The notes beneath the pieces are model-generated. The model saw only the letters and a program-made list of their open reading frames with translations. It did not search any database and was not told where the DNA came from. Position numbers and translations under genes: made by a program. From contig NIVC01000947.1 of assembly GCA_002269645.1 (NCBI GenBank), forward strand, positions 124,001 to 188,000: a stretch of DNA of 64,000 bases, given 5' to 3'. Shown here in pieces: positions 1-16,459 of this stretch; position 1 is the first letter of the stretch, and every line of letters begins with the position of its first letter. This DNA comes from Macrostomum lignano. Taxonomy: Eukaryota.

Positions 1-945
1 CTTTTACAGATTCACCAACTCAAACTGTACACAGATTCACCAACTCACACTGTACAGATTCACCAACTCACACTATACAGATTTACCAACTCACACTGTA
101 CAGATTCACCAACTCACACTGTAAAGATTCACCCACTTGTACATTTACAGATTCACCCACTTGTACTTTTACAGATTCACCAACTCAAACTGTACACAGA
201 TTCACCAACTCACACTGTACAGATTCACCAACTCACACTGTACAGATTCACCAACTCACACTGTACAGATTCACCAACTCACACTGTACAGATTCACCAA
301 CTCACTATACAGATTCACCAACTCACACTGTACAGATTCACCAACTCACACTGTACAGATTCACCAACTCACACTGTACAGATTCACCAACTCACACTAT
401 ACAGATTCACCAACTCACACTATACAGATTCACCAGCTCACACTATACAGATTCACCAGCTCACACTGTACAGATTCACCAACTCACACTGTACAGATTC
501 ACCAACTCACACTGTACAGATTCACCAACTCACACTATACAGATTCACCAACTCACACTATACAGATTCACCAGCTCACACTATACAGATTCACCAACTC
601 ACACTATACAGATTCACCAGCTCACGCTGTACAGATTCACCAACTCACACTATACAGATTCACCAACTCACACTATACAGATTCACCAACTCACACTATA
701 CAGATTCACCAACTCACACTATACAGATTCACCAGCTCACGCTGTACAGATTCACCAACTCACACTATACAGATTCACCAACTCACACTATACAGATTCA
801 CCAGCTCACGCTGTACAGATTCACCAACTCACACTGTACTGATTCACCAACTCACACTATACAGATTCACCAGCTCACGCTGTACAGATTCACCAACTCA
901 CGCTGTACAGATTCACCAACTCACACTGTACTGATTCACCAACTT
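1..945. repeat. 23-bp minisatellite (TACAGATTCACCAACTCACACTG)n, about 40 copies, runs off the left edge
   Basis: Unit read directly, with G/A and A/G variants; explains the spurious 265-aa ORF 137..934. Confidence 0.95.
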
Positions 946-977
946 CACCAGGTGAAGCAGCAAACCCGCTCGCTCAC

Positions 978-1345
978 CTGTCAGTCAGCACTGTCGCCTG
1001 TCGGGGAGACGCTCCATTTTTACTCAGCGGCGGCAGCAGCAGAGGAGACTCCTCGAACTTCTCTTTGCGCTTCTGTCGGCCCTGCTGACCCTTCGATTGT
1101 CGCACCGACTGCGGCAGCTCATCAGTCAGCTGAATGTCTTCAAAGTCATCCTCGTACTCCACCTGATGATGCGGTTGCTCCTCCTCGGCCAGCGCCGCCG
1201 CCAGGGCTTCATCGTCTGGGGCCACTTGAGACTTTCGTTTGGCCAGAATTCGGTCGGCCAAGCTGCTGCTGTTGTTGCCGCGGCCGCCGCCAACGCCTGC
1301 ACGGCTACCGGCCGAAGCTGCCGACTCCAGGATGTTTCTAGCTGT
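978..1345 (-). CDS. Probable internal exon of an unidentified gene (acidic/basic low-complexity segment)
   Basis: Open frame (TARNILESAA...LADRILAKRK...EYEDDFEDIQL) bounded by CAACAG acceptor (1346-1347) and AG|GTGAGC donor (977); no recognisable domain. Confidence 0.35.
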
Positions 1346-2099
1346 CTGTTGATCGGTCAGCAATCAGGATGGGGGGATGCCCTGGTCTCAAGTGGCGGCT
1401 TCAGTAGCTGTCATCCATTTGACCACTTCGGGACGTCGGCACTCGGCATGAAATAGCGGGGGCGAGCCAGCAGAAGAGATCCGTCATCAAATACAATGCC
1501 ATTCTCTTCTGTCTCTTCCTTCCCCTTCCCCTGTCCGGTCCAGAATCCCATGACTAAGCCGGTTTCTAAGGGCAACGGCAAGACTTCTGGGCCTTCCGCG
1601 CTTCCCACCCAGTTCTTCGTCTCCCCCACCTCTGTGTCTCTCCTGCTCTCTTTCTCTCTTGCTTCCTCGTTCGCTCACAAGGGACTGAGCATGTCGCAGC
1701 TTCTTTGCCAACCTCACTCCCCCGTACCAACTAAAAATTGAGCCGTGTCTCTCGTTTTGTACCTCCCAACAAGCAGCATCTTCTGCTTCTATTGCCGCGA
1801 TTGTTCATCTCTGAGGGGACCTGCGACTGTTGCGTACCTTCCCGCCAAGGAAAAAATACAGGTCGAAAAGACTTCAAAAGACTTCAAAAGACAGCTACTG
1901 GATGAGAGAATAGATTCTCTTATCTATGGATTCCCTGCCTAGAGTTGTATCCTATGGTAACCGGCCTCTTCTACCGATAGGGTCTCTTCTTCAATTCATT
2001 AGCGACAGTGTATCAGTCAGTTGCTTCCCCTCTTTTAATCTGTAGGGCGGGCAAGCAGTCCGTAGTCCAAGATAAGCACGTGAATTTAAGGGTCTGTAA

Positions 2100-3080
2100 G
2101 ATGCACTCAGAGACATCTGTAAATGCATACTCGTAGAGACATGTATAAAATGCATAGAGGCATGTGTAAAATCTTATAAAGACATGTGCACAATGCATCG
2201 GAGTATCTGTAAAATGCATAGATACATCTGTAAAATGCATAGATACATCTGTAAAATGTATAGAGACATCTGTAAAAAGCATAGATACATCTGTAAAATG
2301 CATAGATGCATCTGTAAAATGCATAGATACATCTGTAAAATGCATAGATGCATCTGTAAAATGCATAGATGCATCTCCAAAATGCATAAATACATCTGTA
2401 AAATGCATAAATACATCTGTAAAATGCATAGATACATCTGTAAAATGCATAGATATATCTTTAAAATGCATAGATACATCTTTAAGATACATAGATACAT
2501 CTGTAAAATGCATAGATACATCTGTAAAATGCATAAATACATCTGTAAAATACATAGAGACATCTGTAAAATGTATAGAGACATCTGTAAAATACATAGA
2601 GACATCTGTAAAATGTATAGAGACATCTGTAAAATACATAGAGACATCTGTAAAATGTATAGAGACATCTGTAAAATACATAGAGACATCTGTAAAATGC
2701 ATAGATACATCTTTAAGATACATAGATACATCTGTAAAATACATAGAGACATCTGTAAAATGTATAGAGACATCTGTAAAATACATAGAGACATCTGTAA
2801 AATGCATAGATACATCTTTAAGATACATAGATACATCTGTAAAATACATAGAGACATCTGTAAAATGTATAGAGACATCTGTAAAATACATAGAGACATC
2901 TGTAAAATGTATAGAGACATCTGTAAAATACATAGAGACATCTGTAAAATGTATAGAGACATCTGTAAAATACATAGAGACATCTGTAAAATACATAGAG
3001 ACATCTGTAAAATGTATAGATACATCTGTAAAATGCATAGATACATCCATAAAATGCATAGATACATCTGAAAAATGCAC
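2100..3080. repeat. 21-bp minisatellite (AAAATGCATAGATACATCTGT)n, about 45 copies
   Basis: Unit read directly; length is a multiple of 3, which explains long repeat ORFs on both strands. Confidence 0.95.
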
Positions 3081-3475
3081 AGGTACACATCTTAGAGAGT
3101 TTTGGCCTGGTCCGAAGGCCGCTATTTTTAGCTATATCTACATGTAGTGTAGTACCTTGTATACGAGCTATGTTGACATTGATAATGCGGTTCGTATTCA
3201 GAATTTTAAAACCTCTTGAAAATATGAGCTATAAATAGCCTAGCCGTTCAAGCCTAGCCTAGCCGTGCTAAAACTGCTCAATTAGAATCAGATGACTTTC
3301 TGCTGGGCAGTAAATTATCCACATTTTGTTCCTTCTGTTAGTATGCCAACAATATTCACTTATTTAACTCTGATGTCACTATGAAAACTATTTATATGTA
3401 GTGCCACTTGACTTTTAAATCAATACTCAATTCTCTCAAACTCATACAAGCTAGACTATCAGTTGCTAAGCCGAA

Positions 3476-4336
3476 ATGACGACGCTGGAACTTCTCAGAG
3501 CGGCTCGAGACGGCCGCCTGTTCGATGTGAAGCGAAGCCTGCAATCGAGACTCTCAGTTGACTCCCTCGATGCCAGCAATCGGTCAGCACTTCACCGCGC
3601 GTCTAGCCGAGGCCACACGCTTGTGGTGCAGCTGCTGGTTGAGTCGCAGGCTCAAGTTGACAGTCAGAAGCTGGGCGGCTGGACTCCGCTGCACCTCGCC
3701 TGCCGGTACGGTCACGCCGATTCCGTCCGACTCTTGGTGATGTCGCAAGCCAGCTCCTCTGTGCAGGACAAAGACGGCATGACGCCGATCTTTGTAGCCG
3801 CTGAATGTGGCCACGCTGATGTGGTTCGACGCCTACTGGCAGCGGACGGCGCTGACTGCAGTCTGAGTCGGCGAGACACCGGCTGGACGCCGGCGCACGC
3901 GGCTGCCAAGTTCGGACACGCCGAGGTGCTGACAGAGCTGACCAGACACGCCGTTGCGGACCCGAACCTCCCGGACGTAGACGGTCGGACACCGCTTCAC
4001 GTCGCTGCTCAGTTCGGTCACGTCAGCGCCGTGTCGGCCCTGATCGCGGCCGGCGCGGAGCTCAATAGCAGAGACTCGACCGGCTGGTCGCCGCTGCATG
4101 CGGCAGCTTCGATGGGTCGCGTTGAAGTCGCCAAACTGCTGCTTGCCGAGGGCTGCCGGTCGGACGAGGCGGACAACAGCGGCGTAACAGCGGCCGAGGT
4201 TGCTGGCTGGTTCGGTCACGAGATCCTGGTGGACTTGCTGCTCAGTCAGCGCCTGTCTGGCTCAGCCAATGGAACTGACCACCGCGTTAACGGGCACTGC
4301 AACGCGATGCTGAGCGTGGGACATGTTCCCAGGTGA
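3476..4336 (+). CDS. Ankyrin-repeat protein (7 repeats plus N-cap, 286 aa if unspliced); possibly the N-terminal exon of an ANK-cGLR fusion
   Basis: Repeats SALHRASSRGH, TPLHLACRYGH, TPIFVAAECGH, TPAHAAAKFGH, TPLHVAAQFGH, SPLHAAASMGR, TAAEVAGWFGH at ~33-aa spacing. The stop TGA (4334-4336) overlaps a CAG|GTGATT donor-like site. Confidence 0.92.
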   Translation: MTTLELLRAARDGRLFDVKRSLQSRLSVDSLDASNRSALHRASSRGHTLVVQLLVESQAQVDSQKLGGWTPLHLACRYGHADSVRLLVMSQASSSVQDKDGMTPIFVAAECGHADVVRRLLAADGADCSLSRRDTGWTPAHAAAKFGHAEVLTELTRHAVADPNLPDVDGRTPLHVAAQFGHVSAVSALIAAGAELNSRDSTGWSPLHAAASMGRVEVAKLLLAEGCRSDEADNSGVTAAEVAGWFGHEILVDLLLSQRLSGSANGTDHRVNGHCNAMLSVGHVPR

Positions 4337-4461
4337 TTGTCGTTTTAAAATAGGTCAATACGCTTTAATTATTACGAAGGTTGGAGCTTGTGAAAGACCA
4401 CAACCCCCCCCTGACATCCTATAGTAGCCTCACAAAGTCGCACCACTGATACCAATCTCAG

Positions 4462-6777
4462 TTGTTCATCGCTCAGAAGAAACAATCACTGTGCACCAAT
4501 CTTGAACCCATTGGCAGCGATTCGGTGCTCAGCGCCAAGCTGAATGCTTCCCTGCAAGCTGCCGGTTTTGTCTCCGATCGAGCCGCCCTGCAAGTTGCCG
4601 TCTCCGAAGTTCTGCAGAGCATTTTACGACGCCGCTCAGATGAATATTTCACCAACATTGTAGGCAGCTACTCGGAGGGCTGGGGCAACAGCCTGACCTG
4701 CACGAGCGGCCGCACGGACCTCGACTCCGACATTGACATCACCGAGATTTTGCGGAACCGGCTGTTTCACATCCGCGGACGCTGCCAATGCAGAGTAGTA
4801 GAGTCGTCCGAGGAAACTGTCGACTACGAAGATGGACACGTCATTTGCACTGGCGCAGGTGAGTGACGAGGATTTTGATGGACGTTTTTCAAGAAAGAAA
4901 TCGAGGTCTCACAAGAAGCCGGCTTGCTATTATTCCACAAGGCTCTGGGTACGTACACCCCGAGCACACGGTTGCGTACGCAGACCGATTCCACTGACCC
5001 CTGAGCACGCTACCGCTCACACAGGGCGTGAAGCGGCATTGACCTTCAACCTCAGGTAGTGTTGCACGCTCTGTGCTGGTGATGTGCTCTGTCTGGAGAC
5101 CTAGACGGTCACTTCAATTGAACACCAATTCCCCCATGACGCACTCGGACTCTGAATCACCGATGGCACGCAAAACTTTTGGCCTTGTGTTGCTGAGTAT
5201 AAATCACCCTCACTCCATGTTGTTGCATTGATTTAATTGATGCCAGGGCAGGTCAAATGCCTTTTCTAGAATTAAAAAATTTCATCTAAGATACGCAATA
5301 GGTAAAAAACAAAAAGCATTCTCGCATTATTTCAGCATCGAACCCAGCTCAGGCCTGGGACGGTTCAGTGCTCAGACCGGCGAGCGATCGAGTCTGGGCC
5401 TTCCCCTGCTGCCGTTACCCTCCAATAGCCGTTCTCAAGAAGAATTACAAAACGCAAATCCGACTCCAAGTGCTGGATTCTTTACGCCGAGCACTGCCCA
5501 CCTGCCCGTGTCACCTCGTGGCGGCGGCCCCTCCAGGCCGAGGTGGCCAGCGCCTTCGGGTCAGCACGAACTTCCTGGAGCGAAGGCTCATGCGCAGCCT
5601 GACTAGCGAGCAGGGCCAGGTGTTCGTCATGCTCAAGTACATTATCAAACGGATCATCTCCCCGAAAATGGTCGGCTTAAAAACTTACCACGCAAAGACG
5701 CTGATATTCTACCTGTTGGACGAGACTCCGCCAGAGAATTGGCAGCCGAGCCAACTGGTGTCCTTGGTCAGAGCCGGGCTTCAAAGGCTCTGCTGCTCCA
5801 TGGAAGATCAGGGCTTGCACCCGCACCGCTGCGTGCGTCACTTCTTCCTGCGGGACGCTTGGCTGTACTTGAAGTCTGGACACGCCAAGAAACAAGCGCT
5901 AGTGAAATGCATCAGGGCTGCGATTGACCAGCTGCCCACCCTACTCAGTCAGTTCGAGTCAACTCTGCGTCCTCTACCTGCCGAGGCCGTCTTCACCTTT
6001 CACCCGTTCCTAATCATTCCAAATCTGACGCCGAGACCCATTGCGACTTCACGGTGTCCGGCATATCACGAGCTGTACGACACTGTGAGAGCACTATTTT
6101 CAATGCTCGATGACCACGGAGTTTCAGCTGAGTTCTGGGAGCTGATCAAGAGTCTGCCGAACAGTGCCAAGACAGCCCGGCTTTGCCTGACCGCCCTGGC
6201 TTTACTGAAGATTGGCAGAAACAATTCCGCCATTAAAACGCTGATGCAATTTTGCGACACTCAGAATGTTTACCGAGTGTCAAACGGTGCGCCGAGGTCG
6301 GCCCGTTCAGCTGCCGAAGTTTGGCGACACCTTGAAACCACCGACAATGCTTGGAAGTTTTGCTTCCGCTATAGCGAAAGACCCAATCTAAGTGGTTTCC
6401 TGCCAGACACAGTTGCCAGCCACTTTCCTGTCGTCATTGGGTACAACGAATGGTTCTACATCAACTTTATGGCACTAGCGAGATGTCTGTGTCTCCAGCT
6501 GAACATTGTCAGCGAGTCACTGGCTATGAAATGGTTCAAGCAGTATCTACAGCAGGATGACAGTGATGTTCAAGAACTGCTTCTGGTGCTTCAGTTCTGT
6601 CAGGATAAAGATCTGCTCATGCAGCTTATGCACTGCCACAGGACCGTGATCTGCCGTTACGAGGAGACCGTTGCTATGGTGGTGAAGCTGATGAAGACGC
6701 CTTCTGTAACATCCTTTGTCGAACAAATTGATGTTCGTCAGTCTGTGGGACGAGTGTTCGTCAGTCTGCGATCTTGA
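4462..6777 (+). CDS. Mab-21/cGAS-like nucleotidyltransferase (cGLR family); exons 4462-4858 and 5336-6777, 612 aa; start unresolved
   Basis: Catalytic motif VGSYSEG...DSDID in exon 1; phase-1 intron GCAG|GTGAGT...TTTCAG joins in frame; then DRVWAFPC, LKTYHAKTLIFYLLD and W...L...L..L...HFF motifs typical of the Mab-21 lobe. Confidence 0.88.
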
Positions 6778-7094
6778 AGTTTTTTCAAAGTGTCAATAAA
6801 CTTGTAACATGGAGTTGTCCATGCTGTTTCACATTTCTCTGTTGTTTGTAAATCTCAAATGATGTTTGGAAAATCATCGCATTCCACTTGCAAAATTATA
6901 TATTAAAATGCATATTATACTACTCTTAATGATAAGAATAGTAGCATAATCTTATAATGCCACTATAATGTTAAAAAGAAAATATACTTAAAAATGTTTT
7001 TATTAGTTGCTTCGCTTTCTCTGAATCACGGTCTATTTTAGATCGCAAAACAAGTTGAAAGCGTAAATAGCTAGAAAAAAATAGATATATATCT

Positions 7095-7393
<299 letters not shown>

Positions 7394-8220
7394 TATAAAT
7401 AGGGATGGAGAGAGCCGGAGAGGATAACGAGCGAGAGGGAGAGAAGAGAGAGGGAGAGAGAGGGAAATAAGAGAGGGAGATGGAGAGGGAGATAAGAGAG
7501 GAAAAGAATAGAGGGAGAAGGAGAAGGAGAAGGGGAGAGAGGTAGAAGTGGATGATAGGGTCAGCTGATAGAGAGTTTCCCAGCAGGCGAGATCCTGGTT
7601 TTCAAAGGGAGGGCTGTAAAAGTCAGTACAGCAAGAGCGCTCCAATCCGCTACCCCCAAGCCACGTGATGCCAGCCAGCAGTGGAAGGGCGCAGATGTTT
7701 ACAACCCAGTAATCCATAATTTTATTGAGCCTGGCAATTTTTATTGTTGTTAGGCCAAAGGCTTTCAATGAAGTTTCATTGTGAGCCTCACCCACGCTTT
7801 CCGTTCCAACAGAGAAAATGCCTATGCAGAGCTTGAGTAGCCCAGCCTCAGTTCTACCCTCAAACCCCACCCCATTTATACTTCACATATTTTTGCTTGC
7901 TCAGCCTGGGTCAGCATCGGCAGATGAGTACAGCTTGCCTGCTCTCACGGATTCACAGCACTACAACTCATAGCGACTCCGGGGGAGGGCGTCACAGAAC
8001 CCCGCATTGTCCATTAGTTGTACGCCAACTTACGCTCGTAACTTGAGTCTATTTTTAGAATTTTTCTTTCCAACACTATTGACTTCGCTTTCCCTTGGTC
8101 ATGGAGCTCTGAGGGTACCTATCTGGAGCTGGAGGAGGTGTGGCCTTTCTTTTGCCGACTTTTGCCACCTATAGGGCGTGGCATCCAACGCCCATGCAGA
8201 CAGGGATTAGGACGTCAAAT

Positions 8221-8541
8221 AAGAGACAGGATCACCCACCAAGAGACAGGGGCAACCCACCAAGAGACAGGGGTGATCACCAAGAGTCAGGGGTGACCAC
8301 CAAGAGACAGGGACAACCCACCAAGAGACAGGGGCGCCAACCAAGAGACAGGGGGCGCCAACAAGAGACAGGGGGCGCCCACCAAGAGACAGGGACAACC
8401 ACCGAGAGAAAGGGACAACCACCGAGAGAAAGGGACAACCCACCAAGAGAGGGAAGCTACCAAGAGACAGGGGGCGCCCACCAAGAGAGGGAAGACCACC
8501 AAGAGACAGGGGCGCCCAGCAAGAAACAGGGGCACCTACCA
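8221..8541. repeat. Degenerate 20-22-bp minisatellite (CACCAAGAGACAGGGGCGCC-like), about 16 copies
   Basis: Core CCAAGAGACAGG repeated with variable spacers; lies upstream of the tetraspanin gene. Confidence 0.85.
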
Positions 8542-8995
8542 AATGGCTCGAAGACACCAAATATTGACGGTCTTAGGGGCTGCTGTCCCCTCCAATAAAA
8601 AATTCCAGAGCACGCCGCTTCGGCCCCATACTACTTACTACCCACCAATCTGTGCATTCTGTTGTTATTATCGTTGCAGACAATGAGCAGAGAAATAAGC
8701 TAAGGCCACTCGGTTTCCACTCCAGATTGAATGATTTGAATCACCCTGCCCTGCGGAGCCCCCCTGGCCTCTCAGGTAAGAGTTTCTATTTGTTGACAGG
8801 CTTGGAGCGTATCCATGGGCGTTGAGTTGCATCGCTCAGAGTCCCAACCCCCCCTCCTCGTGACGCATCGCGCACACCAATTTATTTATTCAGCTCAGTC
8901 TAGAGGCGAAATTTCTGCTCCAAGCTTTTGGCATCATTTTTGACATTTGACACTGCAGAAGAAGAAAAACCAGCAAGAAGCAAAGCATTAGAAAC

Positions 8996-12791
<3,796 letters not shown>

Positions 12792-14049
12792 AACGCAAAT
12801 AAAAATGGAATATGGAGGACTAAATAAGCAACATCGGTTCAATTTCGATTTCAAAAATAGCAGCAGACTAAGTTGCTGTGTGCCAACTTGGTAGACAAAT
12901 GACAAAAAATTCATGTAATGGCGTGGGCTCACAGCTTCTTCATACGTTATTAACAGCTTATTCCTTTAAATTTTCTTGGACACATTATAAACCAATCGTT
13001 TATCATGTATAGCCCGCCTGGGTGGTTATAATATGTTTCAATACAGTTTTTATTGCAAACCCGAAGGACATTCTTTTTTATAATCATTGTTATTGAAAAC
13101 TATAATTTGCGTCCAGGTGGGAAATTACGAGTAATCAGTTTTAACAAAAATAAATATATACTTTTCTCTGAACTAAACAGCAGTTAAAATTTAAACAATC
13201 TGGTGTAATAAATACGCTGAATTTATAAAATTAAAAATATCAATGCGATCGAATTTCCGGCTCTGGCGCAAATTTAAATTAATTAAATATTGTTCTGATC
13301 GTTAATGATTTCTACACGTTTAAACACAGCTAATGTACCGCCTGTAACCGCCAAATTTATTTATTTTCGATCAGATTTGATGTCAGATCAAATTCGCATG
13401 ACGTCGCTGCCAGTTTTTACTGGTCGACAGAATTTTGGTAAATTATACAATCTCGTTCCATGTCTATCGAGCTATCGACGGCTGGCCTTTTCGCCTAATT
13501 GTCGGATAAGCTGTGTAGGTCAGCTTTTTGGAACGTAGAGAGAGAATTTGAATCTGCCATATCAGACCCACAAATATATTTATTTTATTGCATTCCATTG
13601 GCTCTTCTAATCAAATCTAAATAAACGACTGAGCACAAGGCATTTCAAAAAAACCCCAACATCTTTATTACATGTCGATCAAAAAGTGTATGAAGAGCAT
13701 TCTCGACGTTTGTTTGAACGTTAAGAAATATACCCAATCACTTTTGAAACAATTTGAACCAAAAAACTTGGAACATTTGTTACATTTCTGAGTTTATCAT
13801 TGCACTTCATCATATGCTCTTATTTTTTGGCACGTCTGACATTTTTAATCTCTGAAATTTTGACATGTCAGAACATCTTTGGCATGTTCGACATTTTGGC
13901 CGCATGCAGAAGAGGCTCTGCTTTATCTGCAGTCTTCTCACTTCCTTGACAATTGCTCCTCTTCTACCTCAATCCTCAATAACATAAAACCCAATCAAAC
14001 AGAATTTGATGTTGCAGTTGCTAATCCAGTGGCCGGGTTAGAAGTTTTT

Positions 14050-14359
14050 CTTCCACTCATCTTTTTTGCGTACAACAAAACGAACGATCGCATTGTGCGC
14101 ATGTCCCACCCACTGCCAAGCCTCTCTGTGAGTTGCCGTTGCTTAGGAAACGGCAGATCCAGTGAGTAGCGGACTGGAGCGGATCTCTGTATTGAAAAAA
14201 CCACGGCAGTGCATTTGCTGAAATTCAGCAGTGCACTGTTACTGCGGCTGCTCACATGCGCTCGTGCAATGGCAGCTTTTTTTATTGCATTCGCCATCCG
14301 CACATGGGCCATCCAGCCTCCTGCCAGAAAGACAGACAGACAGACAGACAGACAGACAC

Positions 14360-14414
<55 letters not shown>

Positions 14415-14423
14415 CACAGACAC

Positions 14424-14520
<97 letters not shown>

Positions 14521-15930
14521 TAGATAGACAGACAGACAGTGTACTCCTGCGTCTATATCGTACATGGAAGTGTTTCTGTGAATCAGTATGCCTTCTGCTG
14601 CCGTCCTGTCCTTGGTCTATGTTGCCATTGTTTAGATAGTTCGAAGATCCTCTGATAATCTTCTTAATTGGCAGATTTAACTGCAGATTCAGCCCTTCCA
14701 TGATTTGGTTGCATGATTGCATATTTTTGCAATGCTGTTGGCAATTCTTGGAAGGTGGATTCGTGGACCTTATTGAAGGCCTTTCGATACTCCTCATTCC
14801 AGCTAAATGAATTCTTTGAGCGTAAAGAGGTCTTAGCGTTGAGGTACATTCCGCGATCGAGTCTGTGAATGGTCTGTCTGATTCACTAAGCCCATGAATG
14901 CGCGTAACTCTGAAATATTATACAGCTCTGGAAATTGAGCAATGCCTGCTGTCATGCCAGGGATTACCAGATAACTGTTTCGTGATAGCAAAAATACGCG
15001 AACGTGGCATTTTCTTGACGAAGACAAGAAATATGAACTTCTTTATATTCAATGCAATTCCTCTCTCGTCACAATGATTAAGTTCACGAACAGCCTGAAT
15101 GTTGGCTGTAGGGGCGTCGACCCCAGGTAGCTTGTCGGGGAATACTCCCCGGGGAATTGGACTGGCGACTCCGGGGAGAAAAAAAATGCCATTAAAAAAG
15201 AAAATGATTCACAGAAAGCTGATTGAAACTCTGTCTATGCTTTTTTTACCGCATCACTGCTTATTTCAATGTATAATTTCAAACGCAACACACGTTTGGA
15301 TGTTTTTCTTCACTATGAGTCTTTCAATCAAGCCAATTGCACCTAGAAACCCATCAGGAAAAAAAAGCCTAACTGACTATTGTGTTGGTCTGCGTTGACG
15401 GCTTGACGCATTTGACGCAGGCACAGCGTTGGTCCTGCGTCAGTCACTGACGCATAGCGGGGTGTCATTCAATCACAAAATGCTCCCTATTAGACAAGGA
15501 TAAAATGGTGATTTTAAGAAATAAAATCTGCAAGAAATAAAAATTCCGATTATAAAAACAGTCTCATTCATGAATTATCCTCCGATCCTCGTCCAAAGCT
15601 TAAATCAGAGTTTAAAAAAGCCACTTAAAATCTAAGTTATCCTCCGTTTTTACTTATTTTTTCTTGATGACAGTCAAGAAGCCGGGGAATGACAGTAAAT
15701 TTCCCCGGGGTCCCCGATAAGAAAATCCCCCGTGGAATCGACATCCCTAGTTGGCTGTGATAGTCACACTTATGCAGTCGTCCACAATGTAGCGAGTATC
15801 TTTCAAACCTTGCAGAACAATTTCCAGTCTCCTGTTGTAATATTAAGAAATAGAGCGCCATGCTAGGAGGCGCCATTCGAAAACTATCGACCATAGAGAG
15901 TAATAAACTGCAGCCAGTTTTGAGCCAGTG
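14050..15930 (-). pseudogene. Degraded Ty3/Gypsy pol relic (RT to RNase H fragments)
   Basis: Frameshifted remnants in order: [45 protein letters not shown]...LAV; interrupted by other inserts and a microsatellite. Confidence 0.65.
14330..14538. repeat. (CAGA)n microsatellite
   Basis: Seen directly. Confidence 0.97.
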
Positions 15931-15943
15931 AAACACGTCCAAG

Positions 15944-16165
15944 TTGCCACCTTCTATATTCGAGATCGGCGAATGGGCACTCGTGAGGCGGCCCTTTGCT
16001 CGTGGCAAACTAAGCAGCCGCCTGTCCGAGCCCCATGTGATTTTGAGAATTACGAGCGCCCACCACCGTGATCCTCAGCCACGACTCCTGCTGACATGTC
16101 GACAACTGCGTGCCGTTACATGTCCTCTGCCCACGGAAGCGGCAGAGGACACAGAGCCTTTGTAG
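15944..16165 (+). pseudogene. Fragment resembling a Gypsy integrase C-terminal GPY/F region
   Basis: FEIGEWALVRRPFARGKLSSRLSEPHVILRI matches the F..G..VLVR.P...KL..R...P..V pattern. Confidence 0.5.
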
Positions 16166-16459
16166 CCTTAGCAACGTGGAAGCACAATAACCGGAGCGCT
16201 CCTGCACTGGTATGATGGTATAAATGCGCCACAATGAGTCATTGACGAACAAACTGAGAATAATGAACGCTTAGAAATTTATCTGTTGCGGACTTATAAT
16301 TATGGTGCTGCCAGTATTGTTTGAGTTTTTTATGCAAGTGGTTGCGTAAATTTTATTTCATTTACTTCTCAAGCAGTAATCGAATTTCGTTTTCGTTTTT
16401 TATTTTTTTGTATCGAGTTGGTCAGACGAGGTAGTGAATTGTTTTATTGTTTTGATGAT

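Noticed and set aside
137-934. 265-aa ORF and CRISPR-like periodicity
   Set aside because: Product of a 23-bp tandem repeat; there are no unique spacers, so it is not a CRISPR array.
1411-1741. Short protein-like ORFs upstream of the orphan exon
   Set aside because: In-frame stops prevent joining to 978-1345 and no domain is recognisable.
2013-3090. Four long overlapping ORFs (up to 355 aa)
   Set aside because: Translation of a 21-bp minisatellite that lacks stops in several frames on both strands.
4333-4461. Direct splice from the ANK donor (4333) to the 4462 acceptor as a fusion route
   Set aside because: Phase-2 donor to phase-0 acceptor shifts the frame and stops after ~28 codons.
8140-8598. 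ORFs over the 21-bp GC-rich repeat; possible MITE boundaries
   Set aside because: Repeat-derived; no matching TIR pair or TSD found.
13995-14797. ORFs with TDRQ/SVCL repeats
   Set aside because: Translations of the (CAGA)n microsatellite.
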